The notes beneath the pieces are model-generated. The model had not been told where the DNA came from. It made no database searches and saw nothing but the letters and a program-made list of their open reading frames with translations. This document shows, one piece after another, positions 32,706 through 45,135 of a stretch of DNA of 64,000 bases. The stretch is from the human T2T-CHM13v2.0 reference genome, Homo sapiens: the NCBI RefSeq assembly GCF_009914755.1, contig NC_060929.1; one strand, written 5' to 3'. The first letter of the stretch is position 1. Each line of letters starts with the position of its first letter. Position numbers and translations under genes: made by a program.

Positions 32706-34169
32706 CAGTGGTGTGGCAAAAATAAAAGCCGGATGTACTCAAAAGTATTTAACAGTTTGGTGAAAATAAGATCTACTTATTTCATATTTTTGTTTAGCAC
32801 CTCAGCCATGAAGTTTGAAATGACCTGCCCCTCACAAGTTTTCTCCATGCTACCGTTGCTTCTGCCAAATGATCTCATGCAGAGGCAGTTAGATTTCCTA
32901 GCAAAATGCAAAATGCAGCAATTCCTGATGGGAATCTTTTTGTCTATCAGAAGTAATCTTGCATAGTAAGCTTCTTCAGGGGTTATATATCAATCCATAG
33001 CAAATCATGTTGCTAAGGCAAATCCCAAAATTGTCCTAATTTTTCTCTCTAGGATGGTTATGGCATCACCAGCTTTTAAAACATGTTATGTAAATACTTT
33101 CCCAAACATACTATAAATTATCACACTACATCAATATTATAATGCAGTTCTTGGGATAGACAAAGGTAAAATTGGGATGAGATGGAAGAAAACAAGTTCA
33201 ACAGCCATTCCTGAGAGGGAGAAAATGAGAATATGCAACTGGGAGATATCAACAAAGAAATGGGGAATGTGAATTCAAATGCCCCCATTGCCACAGCATA
33301 GTGAGTAGTTGGATCATTTTAAAGGATGTATTTATAAATGAATAATGGTGAATATGATTTTCTTGTGTTGTCTATATTTCTGCCTGTTTTTGTCATGTGT
33401 AAATTTTTAGCTTCAAAACCTTGCAAATATTAAATATATCTATAAGTATTTCATAAACCCAGCTAGATAGTGACCATATCTTCAGGATGGACCCATAAGC
33501 AACTTTAATTTTTTTCATATATATAGTGACAATATTAGAGTAGTCACTTAAGTAGTTATCATATTCATATAAAATATATTATTTTATAATTAGTTTGCAT
33601 CTTTTTATGTTTTCCACGCTAGTGTGCAATCCGCTTGAAAGCAATGTATGTGAGTTTAGTTTACTAATGCGCTTATAAAATCTAATATTACTTAGAAATT
33701 TGCATCATTACACGGAATTTGTAAGGGATAATTTACATTAAGATTTTTGTAGATGAGAGAACAAAGAGGTAACTATGAGCTCCAATATAATAATGGTGCT
33801 CACAAAGTTGAAGTCCATGTAAGTAAAGTAAGTATATCAGCTGCCTGAAATTGAATTTACGTTCATTTTAGGATTCAGTCATTGGTTTGAACTTTTTTAA
33901 GTCCCTGATTTTTTATTTTTTTCAATAATGTATAACAAATATTTTTAGACATCTTATAAATCCATCCTCTATTATTTGATATGTATTTTATTTTTGCTGC
34001 TCATCAAAGAATCACTAGATTGTAAGAAACTCTGAGAAACTGTATAATGAATTTCTCTTTCCATGCTTAAATGAATGGCACTTTTTTCTTCTAAGAATTT
34101 TCATAGAAACACAACTTGAAATTACATCTATGACTAAAAGCTGAATCTGGTGACTGTTAAAACCAATTT

Positions 34170-34215
34170 TCCACACACCAGTACAATATTAAGCAAAACC
34201 AATATTTATTTTAAT
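34170..34215 (-). terminator. Polyadenylation signal with GU-rich downstream element
   Basis: AATAAA on minus (tttatt 34205-34210) abutting ATTAAA (34210-34215), followed ~25 nt downstream by TGGTGTGTGG (34180-34171). Confidence 0.7.
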
Positions 34216-34941
34216 GTGTAATTTGAGCCCTGAGGCCTCTCTTTATAAAGAGGAATATTTTTTCTTTTCTTTTTTTTCTTTCTTTTTTTTTTGGAAAAGA
34301 AAGTAACATTTTAATGAACAGCTTTAATGTGAACTAATGTTAAGATCAAACATTGTTTCTAGAATTTGGGACTTACATATTGAACTTGATATTTTCATAT
34401 TTATTTCAATTTTCTGAAAGGATAGGATAAACAAATACGTTTTAGCATACAGTTTAAAAAAGAAAAAGAAAACCTTTTGAATTAGAAGAAGGTGGAGATC
34501 AGAAAGTGTTCTTCTTTTGTTCTCAAAAGGAATGAGGAGAGTCAGAGTGTCGCTATTGCTTCTTGACATAAAGACGGTGTCTGTTTTATGTCTTTATCTC
34601 TGAATCCCGCAATACCATCACAGCAGAGTGTACTGTACACCACTTTAAATGATAAGAGTTTCAATAGGCACTTTAGTGGAATTAAGAAAAATCTAACACT
34701 CTTCCACCGTGATGCCACATAGCTATCTTCGTTCTAGGTTGTCATGTCAGTAAATTGTATTGAATAGGCCTGAGCTTGTCTCAGTGTGATTGTGAAAAAA
34801 CAAAACAACAAAACAAAGCAAGTACACATTATAGGATGTATCTCTTGTTGGCAGAATAAACCAAAACTGACAATATGATTAATTTAGTAACTTACTAGAA
34901 ACCAGGTAATCAAAGGAATCTTGTCCCAGAAAGAGTGTGTG

Positions 34942-34994
<53 letters not shown>

Positions 34995-35071
34995 TTTCTA
35001 TTAATATTTGTGTTTCTTTTTCTTTTTTAAAAATCTCCCCTCTCGGTTGTATTTTAGCCTCCACGACTCCC
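34190..35071 (-). other. CDH12: CDH12 3' UTR (3' end approximate)
   Basis: Lies between the stop codon and the best poly(A) signal; no interspersed repeat recognised. Confidence 0.7.
34935..34994. repeat. (GT)n(GA)n microsatellite in the CDH12 3' UTR
   Basis: Seen directly, ~80 nt downstream of the stop codon. Confidence 0.97.
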
Positions 35072-35571
35072 TTAAGTGACTTTATCAGGGTTATAACTCT
35101 CTTCTTCGCCAAACATGTCTGCCAAGACTTTAAAGCGGGGTCCCCAGTCTGTCAGATAGTCATAGTCCTGGTCGGCTTCTGTGGTGAGAGAGTCTATAGA
35201 GCTGAGGGACTCTGCCACGGACCCACTCCCTTCGTAGGCATATGTGGCCAGTGAATCGTATGGTGGGGCAGTTGGGTCCACGTCATTTTCCTGTAGCCTT
35301 TGATGAATGAAATCCCTTATGTCTGTGTTATCTTCCATGGGTGGTCTCTGACGAGGTAAACAGAGAGAGTCTGGTTTTATATCCCTGCGAATTTTGTTCT
35401 CCTCAATCACTTTTGGGTTTCTCAGAGCCCCGATGTCGAAAGCCTGGGTATCTTCCTCCCCACCTCCTTCATCATCGTAATGGATGACGTTGTCTCTGAT
35501 GTCTTCTTTAGAGGTCATCAGGGTGTCTTTTTTCTTCTGCCTTCGCAGTGCTACATACAGTACAACTATGG
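35072..35571 (-). CDS. CDH12: Cadherin-12 terminal coding exon (TM end and cytoplasmic domain)
   Basis: Acceptor ttgttccag|CC. Reads (A)[27 protein letters not shown]..., with the p120 motif [10 protein letters not shown] and beta-catenin region [10 protein letters not shown]...EGSGS...SLSS. Ends YNPDKVT-TAA (35074-35072). Confidence 0.97.
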
Positions 35572-36054
35572 CTGGAACAAGACAAAAATTGCAATTTGAG
35601 AATAGAAAGCAGATAGGTCATTTCATCTCTCCATAAAAATTAAAAATGATTAGGGGTGGCTGAGTTTCGTGAATGACCTCCTGTTACTTTCATAGTAAAC
35701 ATACCATAATCAATAGGATCATACATATGTTTAAATTTTGAAATTGTTAACTAACAAGAAACCATAGCAAAGTTATTCACAAAATGAAACAAGTATGTCT
35801 TTATATTAAAGTATTTTAGGGTCTGGTAAAAGTGTGTGTTGCAACAAAAGAAAAAAGGAAATAATAGTTCTTCCACTCATACAGAAAATTGTAAGAATAT
35901 AAGAAAACTTGAATATTATCATCCATAAATAAGACTACCATTCATTGCTAACTTCCCAATTGGAACATTCCTAATTTTAAATTAGAAATTTATGTTTCTT
36001 ATGCGATAAGCCCAAATCTTCACTGTGACCATTATTTTTAAAGGCAATAAATAA

Positions 36055-36172
36055 GAAAGAGAGAAGTAGAGGAAGTAGAGGAAGGAAGGAAGAAAGGAAA
36101 GAAGGAAGGAAGTAGAGGAAGAAAGGAAGTAGAGGAAGGAAGGAAGTAGAGGAAGGAGGAAGGAAGGAAGGA
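36055..36172. repeat. Purine-rich GGAAGTAGA/GGAA repeat in the last intron
   Basis: Seen directly. Confidence 0.9.
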
Positions 36173-37191
36173 AGATGTTAAGGACCTTAGTTTTATAAAT
36201 CTTACAAACTAAAGCATTAATTTCAATTCTGTGTCCTGCCATATTGAGAAAGTTTTTAAAACAAGTGCCTAGAATTCAGGTTACCTTCATAAAACAATAT
36301 TTTAAAATTGTTAATTTATGTACTTTTATTATCAAAATCTCTCTTTATTCCCAGTTGATTTAAAGCTCTCCACTAAATCAATGGTGTTTATTTCTACTAT
36401 GCATGAATAGGCACAGATACAAATGACGACGTCAGTGCTCAGCTTTTCTTGTCATAATAACCCCTCTCCTCCATAGTGGTGTCAACAGGTGAAAGCTAAT
36501 GTGTGTTTGATTTACCAGAGCAGAGTCTGGAAGACACCTGTCATAGAATTATAAAGTAGAGAAGAATGCATGATGATAAAATTTCATTTATTCTCTCTTC
36601 CTCCAAAATTAGAGATGGACCAGTTGGAAGGAGAGAGGACATCTAGGTAGAGTTTCTGTACAGTGGGCCTTGGGAGACGTTTAGCACCCTGCACTCCTCC
36701 CAAGAGTTTATGGAATCTCAGAACAAAGGACATGATTGTTTGTTCCTCTACCAAGTATGTGAGAGACTGCAGACCTCATGGAGCAGCCCCATACATAAAA
36801 TGAGTTCAGAATCACCATGGCTGAGAAAGAAACTAGCTGGATGTGCCTGAGGTCCATTTAAAAGGGACCCAAGCACCATACCTTTCTGTTCTTTCTCTCA
36901 CCCCACAAAGGACATGAGAATGGCTGAGAACAAGCTAGGGGACCTAAAGGAGTGTGAGATTGCTCAAGGAGGTCAAAGATTAGATGGATTTTAAGCAGAC
37001 CCTATGACAGGACAAAGAGTGTCAATATACACTGCTGTATACCAAAAATTCACCATGCCTAGAATAGTGCTGGTGCTCTGTGGACGCTCTGGAAGTATTT
37101 GGATAAATGAGTGGCAGATGGTAGTACATGATAAAGATGACCTGAGCAGATTACTTGCTACAGTGTATGACGGCCAGAACATACCAAGCCA

Positions 37192-37636
37192 TGTTAGGTT
37201 GATACTGTCAACTCAAATAACAAACAGAAAGAGTTTCTCTGAAATAAAATATATTTATTTGGAAATAGAGTATAGCAATGGGAATGTGAGTGCCATAGTA
37301 AACTATGTGTGTGTTCAAGAGATAAAGGAAGACAAAGGTTTTCAAAGAAAAAAACGAGGAGGATACATAATTGTTTTAAATAATTATCCTTGACTACAAA
37401 GATTAATAACAAGGGTGATGCCAGTCCAACATTGGACAGGCAGTTGCTGGGCAGATGTTCCGGCAGAAATGATTTTGTATAAGGTTGTGATGGCCTTTGT
37501 GCGGGGTTGTGATTTTTACAGTCTTTTTCATTACAGGCATATAAGGGTGAAAACCCTCTCTCCATGGTCTTCCCTAGCTCTATTTGTCAGGGTTTTCTTG
37601 ACATTAGTGACTCCATTTTGACTCTTACAACTTTCA
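37192..37636 (-). mobile_element. ERV1-class solo LTR (MER67-like)
   Basis: tgttagg...caggcagttgctgggcagatg...gactccattttga...actttca; TG/CA ends. Confidence 0.6.
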
Positions 37637-38925
37637 AAATATAGGAATACTCCAGGACTCAGCTACAAGAGAAGAGAGGCATATGAGAGAGAAATACTTC
37701 ATTTGATGTTAAACACCTAAATGATCTTGTTAAATTTCAGATGTGAAAATATTACTTGGAATGTGTCCTTAAGGTTTATATTAACACAAAAGATGCCAGG
37801 GATAATTTATTATGAATTATAAGGATATAAAGAATACTTTGCTCTGCACACCAAAGTTTCTCACGTGGAATTAATATCTACACCATGCCAATTGGACTAG
37901 AATTTCACCTTCTACGTCAGCATGAACTTCTGACTCAGGGAGTGCTCTCCACAAGCTACCATATAACGCGTTACTCCGTGCCTTTCATCTCACTAATTAT
38001 TTTTTTTTCTTTCCTAGAGATAAAGTCAGGTGTCCATATTTGTCAGATTATTTTTGGTTAAACAGTAAATATGCATACATAATTTGATTCCACAATACCC
38101 AGTTGTATATCTGTTGTCATTTGATTTTAAAGGAATGAGGCATAATAGAAAATCTCTCTCTACTTTTGTCAATCTGGCAGTGAATTAATAAATGGAGAAG
38201 CTGAACAGAGTTCATGGAAGAGGGAACTTCCTAATAGGTTTATATTCACTCTCACAGAGATATTATAGAATACATTTACTCCAATCATTTTGCTTTGGAG
38301 TGTTTCCAGATATTTTAGTCTGTTCTGTTCTAGTGGGAATGGTTAGAATTTTGATGTAAGGAGATGCAAGAAAGTGGAAGAATTACTTATGGATGGCAGT
38401 TTAAACAGAAAAGACAAATTTGAGGATTACTTTACATTCTGTTTCTTTCTGTTCGCTCTTTTATCTTCCTTTCTTTATTGAACTGGAATTTGAGAACCAC
38501 TGTTCATCAAGTATATTTTTTAAAAGATGACATAATCTCTTATTAGACAGCAGCAATTACTAGGAAGTAAAACAAATTGAGAAGTTGTTGTAAATGGATA
38601 TTTATTAAAGAGGATTTCATTGTGACAAGGGTCACAAACTATTATTACTAGAAAATCTCTTAGGTCTTGAACATATTTTTGGTGTTTATTTTATGATGTT
38701 ATTTATTTATCCCCAATAATATATATCCAAGAAGTATGAAATAGAAAAATAGCATTAATAACAATTTAATTCAATACACATAGATTATCTTCTAGCTAGG
38801 TATGACATGTCAATGAATAAAAACTTGTTTACATGATAAATTGAGGAGAGAGATGGAGGAGAGAGAGGGGAAAAAAAGGAAGAGAGAGCGAGAAAAAATT
38901 AACAATGATTAATATTGAAACCAAC

Positions 38926-39177
38926 CTAAGAGTATAACAATGCATAGTAGAATTGCAATCAACGCCCCAGTGCTAAGTCCTACAGGTAGAAAAATTGCTT
39001 CCACATTACAAGACAGGATGGTGCCATCAGAGTCACATCTACAGACTCGAATAGTCATTGTGTTTGTGCTGCTCTGGACAGGGTAGCTGCTGTCTTCTAT
39101 TACAACAGGGAGGAAATACAACTCTTGCTGCCTGCGGCTGTATCCATTTCTTCGGGTTTCAATCCCCGCTGTGTTGT
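38926..39177 (-). CDS. CDH12: Cadherin-12 penultimate exon (252 nt; end of EC5 and most of the TM helix)
   Basis: Acceptor ttttgtag|AC, donor TTAG|gttggt. Reads NTAGIETRR...[42 protein letters not shown], the typical type II cadherin CxC...C and GLSTGAL pattern. Confidence 0.97.
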
Positions 39178-40393
39178 CTACAAAACATGACATTTATGGT
39201 AACATGGTTACTATAAGCTTCACTTCAAATCTTCAAGTTGGTATCTGCTCAATAGTAAGAAGCTCTTCTTGAATCAGGAAAATGGATTCTTATTTTTTTT
39301 ATTTCTGTTCACATTATGAAAACTGCCAAAATATAATCAAAATAATCCTTAGAGGAAAAACAAACATTAATCTTGTCTGATAGAAGAATTAAATTTTCTA
39401 TTCAGAAAGATTATGGAATGCTTTACAAGACAGAAAGTGTGTTAAATTGATCAATTTTTTTATGACATTGCAATCTCATTAAAAAATAGTTTTGTAAATA
39501 GTTTCATGCATAATAGAAAATATTACAAACTATGAATCTGTAAATTATCTCAAATAAGAACCTATTCTTTAAACTATATTAAAACCAATTGACTATTTTA
39601 AATTAAGGATTTTTCTATCTACATGTTGTATATGTATATATGTTTATAAATATATGTTATATATGTTTGTATGTATGGGAATACTTTCACCTCTGCATAT
39701 CAGCTGGAATAAGAAACATGGAAAGGAAAATAAGATTTGTTAAAAACATTAAAAATTGTAAACACCTTGAACTATAACAATGACTACTTTAATATGATTT
39801 AAAAAGTAACTCATTGTAATTCTGGTTAATTCAAAAACAATAATGTTTACTTGCAATAATGTGAGACAATAAAAATTACTATTTTTATATAAATGCAATT
39901 AATACTTCTATTGAAAGTGCTCTTTTGCATGCATTTGCTCTTTTATTTCTACACAAATAAGCAGAAATTTTGTTTTATGAATAACAATATTTCATTTGTG
40001 TGTCACAGTAACCCCTAGAAACGCTTTGTTATTTTTAGAAATGTGACAATATGTAGTTTATTATAGCTATGCATAATACTTGAGAATAAGGTGAGATAAT
40101 TTTTAAAAGTGTATAATATATTACAGTTGTGCAGGTCTGTCACAAATATGTTACTATTTCAATCAGATTCCATTTTTCTATTGGCAGACTTTAAATTCAA
40201 CCACTGAAATTGAGGCAGGTTCTTCAGCAATAGGAAGCACCAAGACGAGAAAACTTTATGGGATATGATTAGGGATGAACAAATGGATATTAATTGAATC
40301 AACATTTAAATCTTCAGCAATTGATGGTTGAACACTTGAGTCCGCGGAAAAGGAACAGGCTAGGAATAAAGTTCATAATCTGAGTGAAAATGA

Positions 40394-40793
<400 letters not shown>

Positions 40794-41039
40794 CAATTTA
40801 TTATTTATTGAAAATTGACCATAACAAATTTATTGTGATGTCCATAGTGAGAAGAAAAAGACATACTATATTTTATTTCCTCTCTAAATGCTTTCTTTTC
40901 ACTAAAAATACCTTACAAATCTAATTCATTATAAAACAAGGAACATGGTAAATGGCACCTGAAATTTTGTGACAAGTACATGTCTAGTCCATGAGAAAGC
41001 ACTCTGCTATAAGTCAGTATCATGTGGTTCCCATTAACA

Positions 41040-41830
41040 TGATTAATCTGAAATAGCTCTTTCAGCAAAGATACGTTGTGGAAAATAGTCAACACTTGGG
41101 TTTGGTGAATGATGTGACTATCTACCTAGTTGCTGAAGCCTAAGACCTGGAAATCTATTTTGTCTTATTACATGATATACACATATTGAATCTAGGGCAT
41201 CTATCATGAAGTCTTATCAATTCTATTTCCATCCATTTGTCTCCATCTTCACAGTCAGTACCCTAATCTAAGGCTCTCACCCATTTACTGCAATGACATC
41301 TGAACTAGTTTTATCTCCCTATGATATATTTTCCATGCTACATCCAAGCAGATTTCCCTATAATGTAAATATGAATATGTTATATTCTTGCTTAAACCTT
41401 TCAAAGACTACTAACATTATTGGTTTAAGTTATCTCCTGAAATGGCTTCTGGATAGGGTCCTCATATGGTCCAGTTTGTCTTAGACAGACCTATTTTATG
41501 TGTGCTGCTGTGACATAACATTATAAATATTTCCCCCTTTTTTATAAGTGTTTCAGTCTTTATGATAAAATATGTGGTCACTCTCATTATAAATAACTTC
41601 AAGATTGGACTGCTGTTTGTCTTATGGCCATTTCTCACATTGCATATTTTATTCAAACTCTACTCAACTTGCTTCAGTGATAAAATGTGGAGACTCTGAT
41701 TTTGTGGAGACTCTGACTTTCTTTGTCTAATCATTGTAGCAAACTAATCTCTTCAAAATATCCTCTGATTCTATCATCATCATCACCATCTCAATACAAT
41801 TTGTTCACTTGTTCTATATGCATAGAATTT
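41040..41830 (+). mobile_element. L2 fragment
   Basis: tctacctagttgctgaagcctaagacctggaa ... cttgcttaaacctttcaaagact, L2-like. Confidence 0.55.
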
Positions 41831-42089
41831 ATAAAAATTTATCTTTTTATTATCAGGTTATAAAATAAGGTGTTTTGATGATTATTTTAGAGAATATGGA
41901 AACTTAGAGGACATAAAATACCCAAGGTTACAGACCTAATAAAGTCAGAGATACTGATTGATACTCAACCTTAATATTTCTAATCCAGTGTCCTTTATAT
42001 TTTTGTAATGGTTGTAATTGTAGCAAATGTAGTAGCGTTAGCAGTAGTAGCAGCAGTAGGATTGATGGCAATAGCAGTGGTAGTAGAAG

Positions 42090-42490
42090 AATAAGTGTAC
42101 ACCATGCAATAGTTCACAGCCATAAAAAAGAATGAAATCATGTTCTGTGCAGCAACATGGATGCATCTGGAAGACATTATCCTAAGCAAATTGATACAGA
42201 AGCAGAAAACGAAACACCATATACTCTTACTTATAAAAGGGAGCTAAACTTTGGGAGCACAGAACACAAAGATGGCAACAACTAACACTGGGCATGCCAA
42301 AAACGGGGAGAAAGGGAGGAGACAAAGGGTTAAAAAAACTGCTTATCAGGTACTAGGTTCACTACTTCAGCAATGGGATCATAGAAGCCCAAACCTCAGC
42401 ATCATGAAATATACCCATGTAACAAAGTGCTAGGATTCAGTGCTGCACCTGAATCTAAAATTTTAAAAAGTAAAATTAAATTAAAAAAAG
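42090..42490 (+). mobile_element. L1 3' end (L1PB/MA-like)
   Basis: gccataaaaaagaatgaaatcatg ... aacctcagcatcatgaaatatacccatgtaacaaa. Confidence 0.87.
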
Positions 42491-42995
42491 TTGTATTCCA
42501 TATCATGTTAAATAATAGATATAGTCCACATTTAAAGTATAATGTTTCTATTCTTTGCAGGTAGAATTTTTTATCTGTAATTGTTAAGTGGCTTTTTTTT
42601 TAATGATTAGAGTTTCATTTACAGTAATGTGTAAAGACAAATTTTACACAAATTTATTTTTAAAGAGTTTCATTCTTTCCTTCCTCTTCATTAGTCTTTA
42701 AGTAGCAAATTCTCATTATAAACTATGCAAACCATGTCTCTCCCTCCCTCTAAATAAATAAATAAATAAAAGTATAAGTGTAAACCATGATGGCATTGGT
42801 GGTGGCTAAAATGATCTTGATGGTAACATGTTTTAGGCATTTTGTTAAGGCTTTGCAAATATGATTTTATTTAATAAAAAATATTATGAGGTTGACTTGA
42901 TTTAGTAAAATTGTATACATTAAGAATCTGTCATTTTGGTAGTATGGAACAAAAATGCAAACCTATGTCATGTCAAATATAATACCTGCATTCTT

Positions 42996-43500
42996 TAAAT
43001 TTATTTATTATTTATTTATTTTTTAACGTTTATTTTAGATTTGAGGGTAACGTGAAGGTGTGTTACATAGGTAAACACGTGTCATGGGGGTTTGTTGTAT
43101 GTATTATTTCATCACCCAGGTCTTAAGCCCAATACCCAATAGTTATCTTTTCTGCTCCTTTCCCTCCTCCCATCCTCACCCCTCAAGTAGACTCCAAGGC
43201 TTGTTGTTTCCTTGTTTGAGTTCCTAAGTTCTTATCATTGAGCTCCCACTTATAAGTGAGAACATGCAGTATTTGATCTTCTGTTCCTGTGTTAGTTTGC
43301 TAAAGATAATAGCCTCCAGCTCCATCCATGTTCCTACAAAAGACATGATCTCATTCTTTCTTACGGCTGCATAGCATTCCATGGTGTATATATATGTACC
43401 ACATTTTCTTCATCCAGTCTGTCACTGATGGGCATTTAGGTCGATTCTGTCTTTGCTATTGTGAATAGTGCTGCAATGAACATTTGTGTGCACGTGTCTT
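42996..43500 (-). mobile_element. 5'-truncated L1PA 3' end, 18-bp TSD
   Basis: TSD tataatacctgcattctt at 42978-42995 and 43501-43518. Confidence 0.92.
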
Positions 43501-43892
43501 TATAATACCTGCATTCTTAACCTGTGCTGTACGGTGTGTTATTCTAATAAAACAGTTACTAAAGAGCTCCCTGTTAGTTAGTATAAGTAATGTATATTTG
43601 GGACAAATGATATGTTTAAAACAGGGAAAGCATTCAATTTCTCAGAGAGTCTTTTATTTGCTTGACTCATTGAGAGACTGTCCACATTTACAATGCAAGC
43701 AACCTGCCTTACTAGACAGTCTGTATAGATTAAATATTTAATTTACTACTAGGTACAGAATATTGCCTTTCTCATGTAAGGATCTCATATTTTATGAAAT
43801 TAAGTGCTTCAAAGAAAAGTATTGATTACTCCCTTTGTGCCTTTTTACAAAGATACATGATAAGAGGTAAATTTTTCTGTAGTTACACTTAC

Positions 43893-44010
43893 TTCTGAAG
43901 TCACGAACTGTAAAATTTGGTTTGATAGCAGCCTCAGGTGATAATCTAAAGGAGAATTGTTGCCCAGCAGGTGAAAGATCTCGGTCTGCAGCACTGACTA
44001 TCTGAATTAT
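43893..44010 (-). CDS. CDH12: Cadherin-12 internal exon (118 nt; EC5)
   Basis: Acceptor ctgttgcag|ATA, donor AGAA|gtaagt. Reads [39 protein letters not shown] (AxDxD calcium motif), in frame with both neighbours. Confidence 0.96.
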
Positions 44011-45048
44011 CTGCAACAGAGTTGAGATTAAAGTCGGTCATCAGTTTCAAAGAGGACTTTACACAGCAGGCTACTAAATGTATTTAATGAAGCATGCAAG
44101 TAGACAGAAATGGCACTTTTTGAATCAATACCAGTAGGTCAATTATTTACACATAATGTTTATAAACAAATTTCTAACATTTACAGGGAATAACGACAGG
44201 TACAATTATAGAACATGGGCTAATTTCAAATTGATACCTGCGTAACTAAAAAGGTAACCAGCATTAAAAATTCACACTAATAAGCAAAGTAAAATTAAAA
44301 TGTACTTGCTTGCATTTTAAATTAGATGAAATAAATGCTTTCTAGCCTGAATGTGAAAATGCTTACTGAAAACAAAATCTCTGATTATCTAAAAGCCCTT
44401 GTGATAGCAAAATTTAGTATGAGTTATGTTTTGTAACAATGGCTCTATTTTCATAAATAAATAAAATGATAAATAGAGATACAAAAGCTGTATATCTGCT
44501 TTTGTTATGTTTTTCTTCATTCGGTAGGAATACAAATTGTGTTTTCAAAGAGTTTTTAATAAGCACTATCATTCCTGTTACAAAATTTTTCCTAAATTGC
44601 TTCCATACGTTGTGTATCTTACAGTTAAAAGCCTGGTACTTCAATAAAATGCCCTTAAATACTTGGAGAATAAAAATAACTTCTGAGAATCAACCTGTGA
44701 AATTTACAATCCATTAAATAGATAAGCAAGTAAGAATGGCTTTGAGGCATTTATTTATTAACATATCCAATGGCTGTGCATCAGACAGAATTTCAGGAAG
44801 TGTTATGTGAGAGATGACAAGGGCAGAGTGTTGGCCAGATAATCATGCTCTCAGACTACATTTGAATCTGCAAGAGGAAGGCTCTAGATTTCACACACGG
44901 ATATCCTGGTCCCAGTGTGTAAAGCATGCATCATGTGATCTTACACTGATGCTATTAAACGTGAGATTCAGTTAAAACCCAATCTATGACTATGATCTAT
45001 GTTCCTGTTTATCTGCACACACAGAGACACAGATAGATGTTAGATATG

Positions 45049-45077
45049 TAGGTAGGTAGATGGATGGATGGATAGAT

Positions 45078-45127
<50 letters not shown>

Positions 45128-45135
45128 GATAGATA
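45049..45135. repeat. Compound (GGAT)n(GATA)n tetranucleotide STR
   Basis: Seen directly. Confidence 0.96.

Noticed and set aside
34937-35254. Plus-strand ORF with a (CV)n repeat
   Set aside because: Antisense shadow of the CDH12 last exon plus the GT microsatellite.
36424-36434. CRE-like GACGTCA
   Set aside because: Single imperfect motif with no CpG island or promoter context; expected by chance.
37004-37621. Overlapping 129-aa, 123-aa and 68-aa ORFs
   Set aside because: They run across an LTR boundary, show no recognisable domain and no supporting splice structure.
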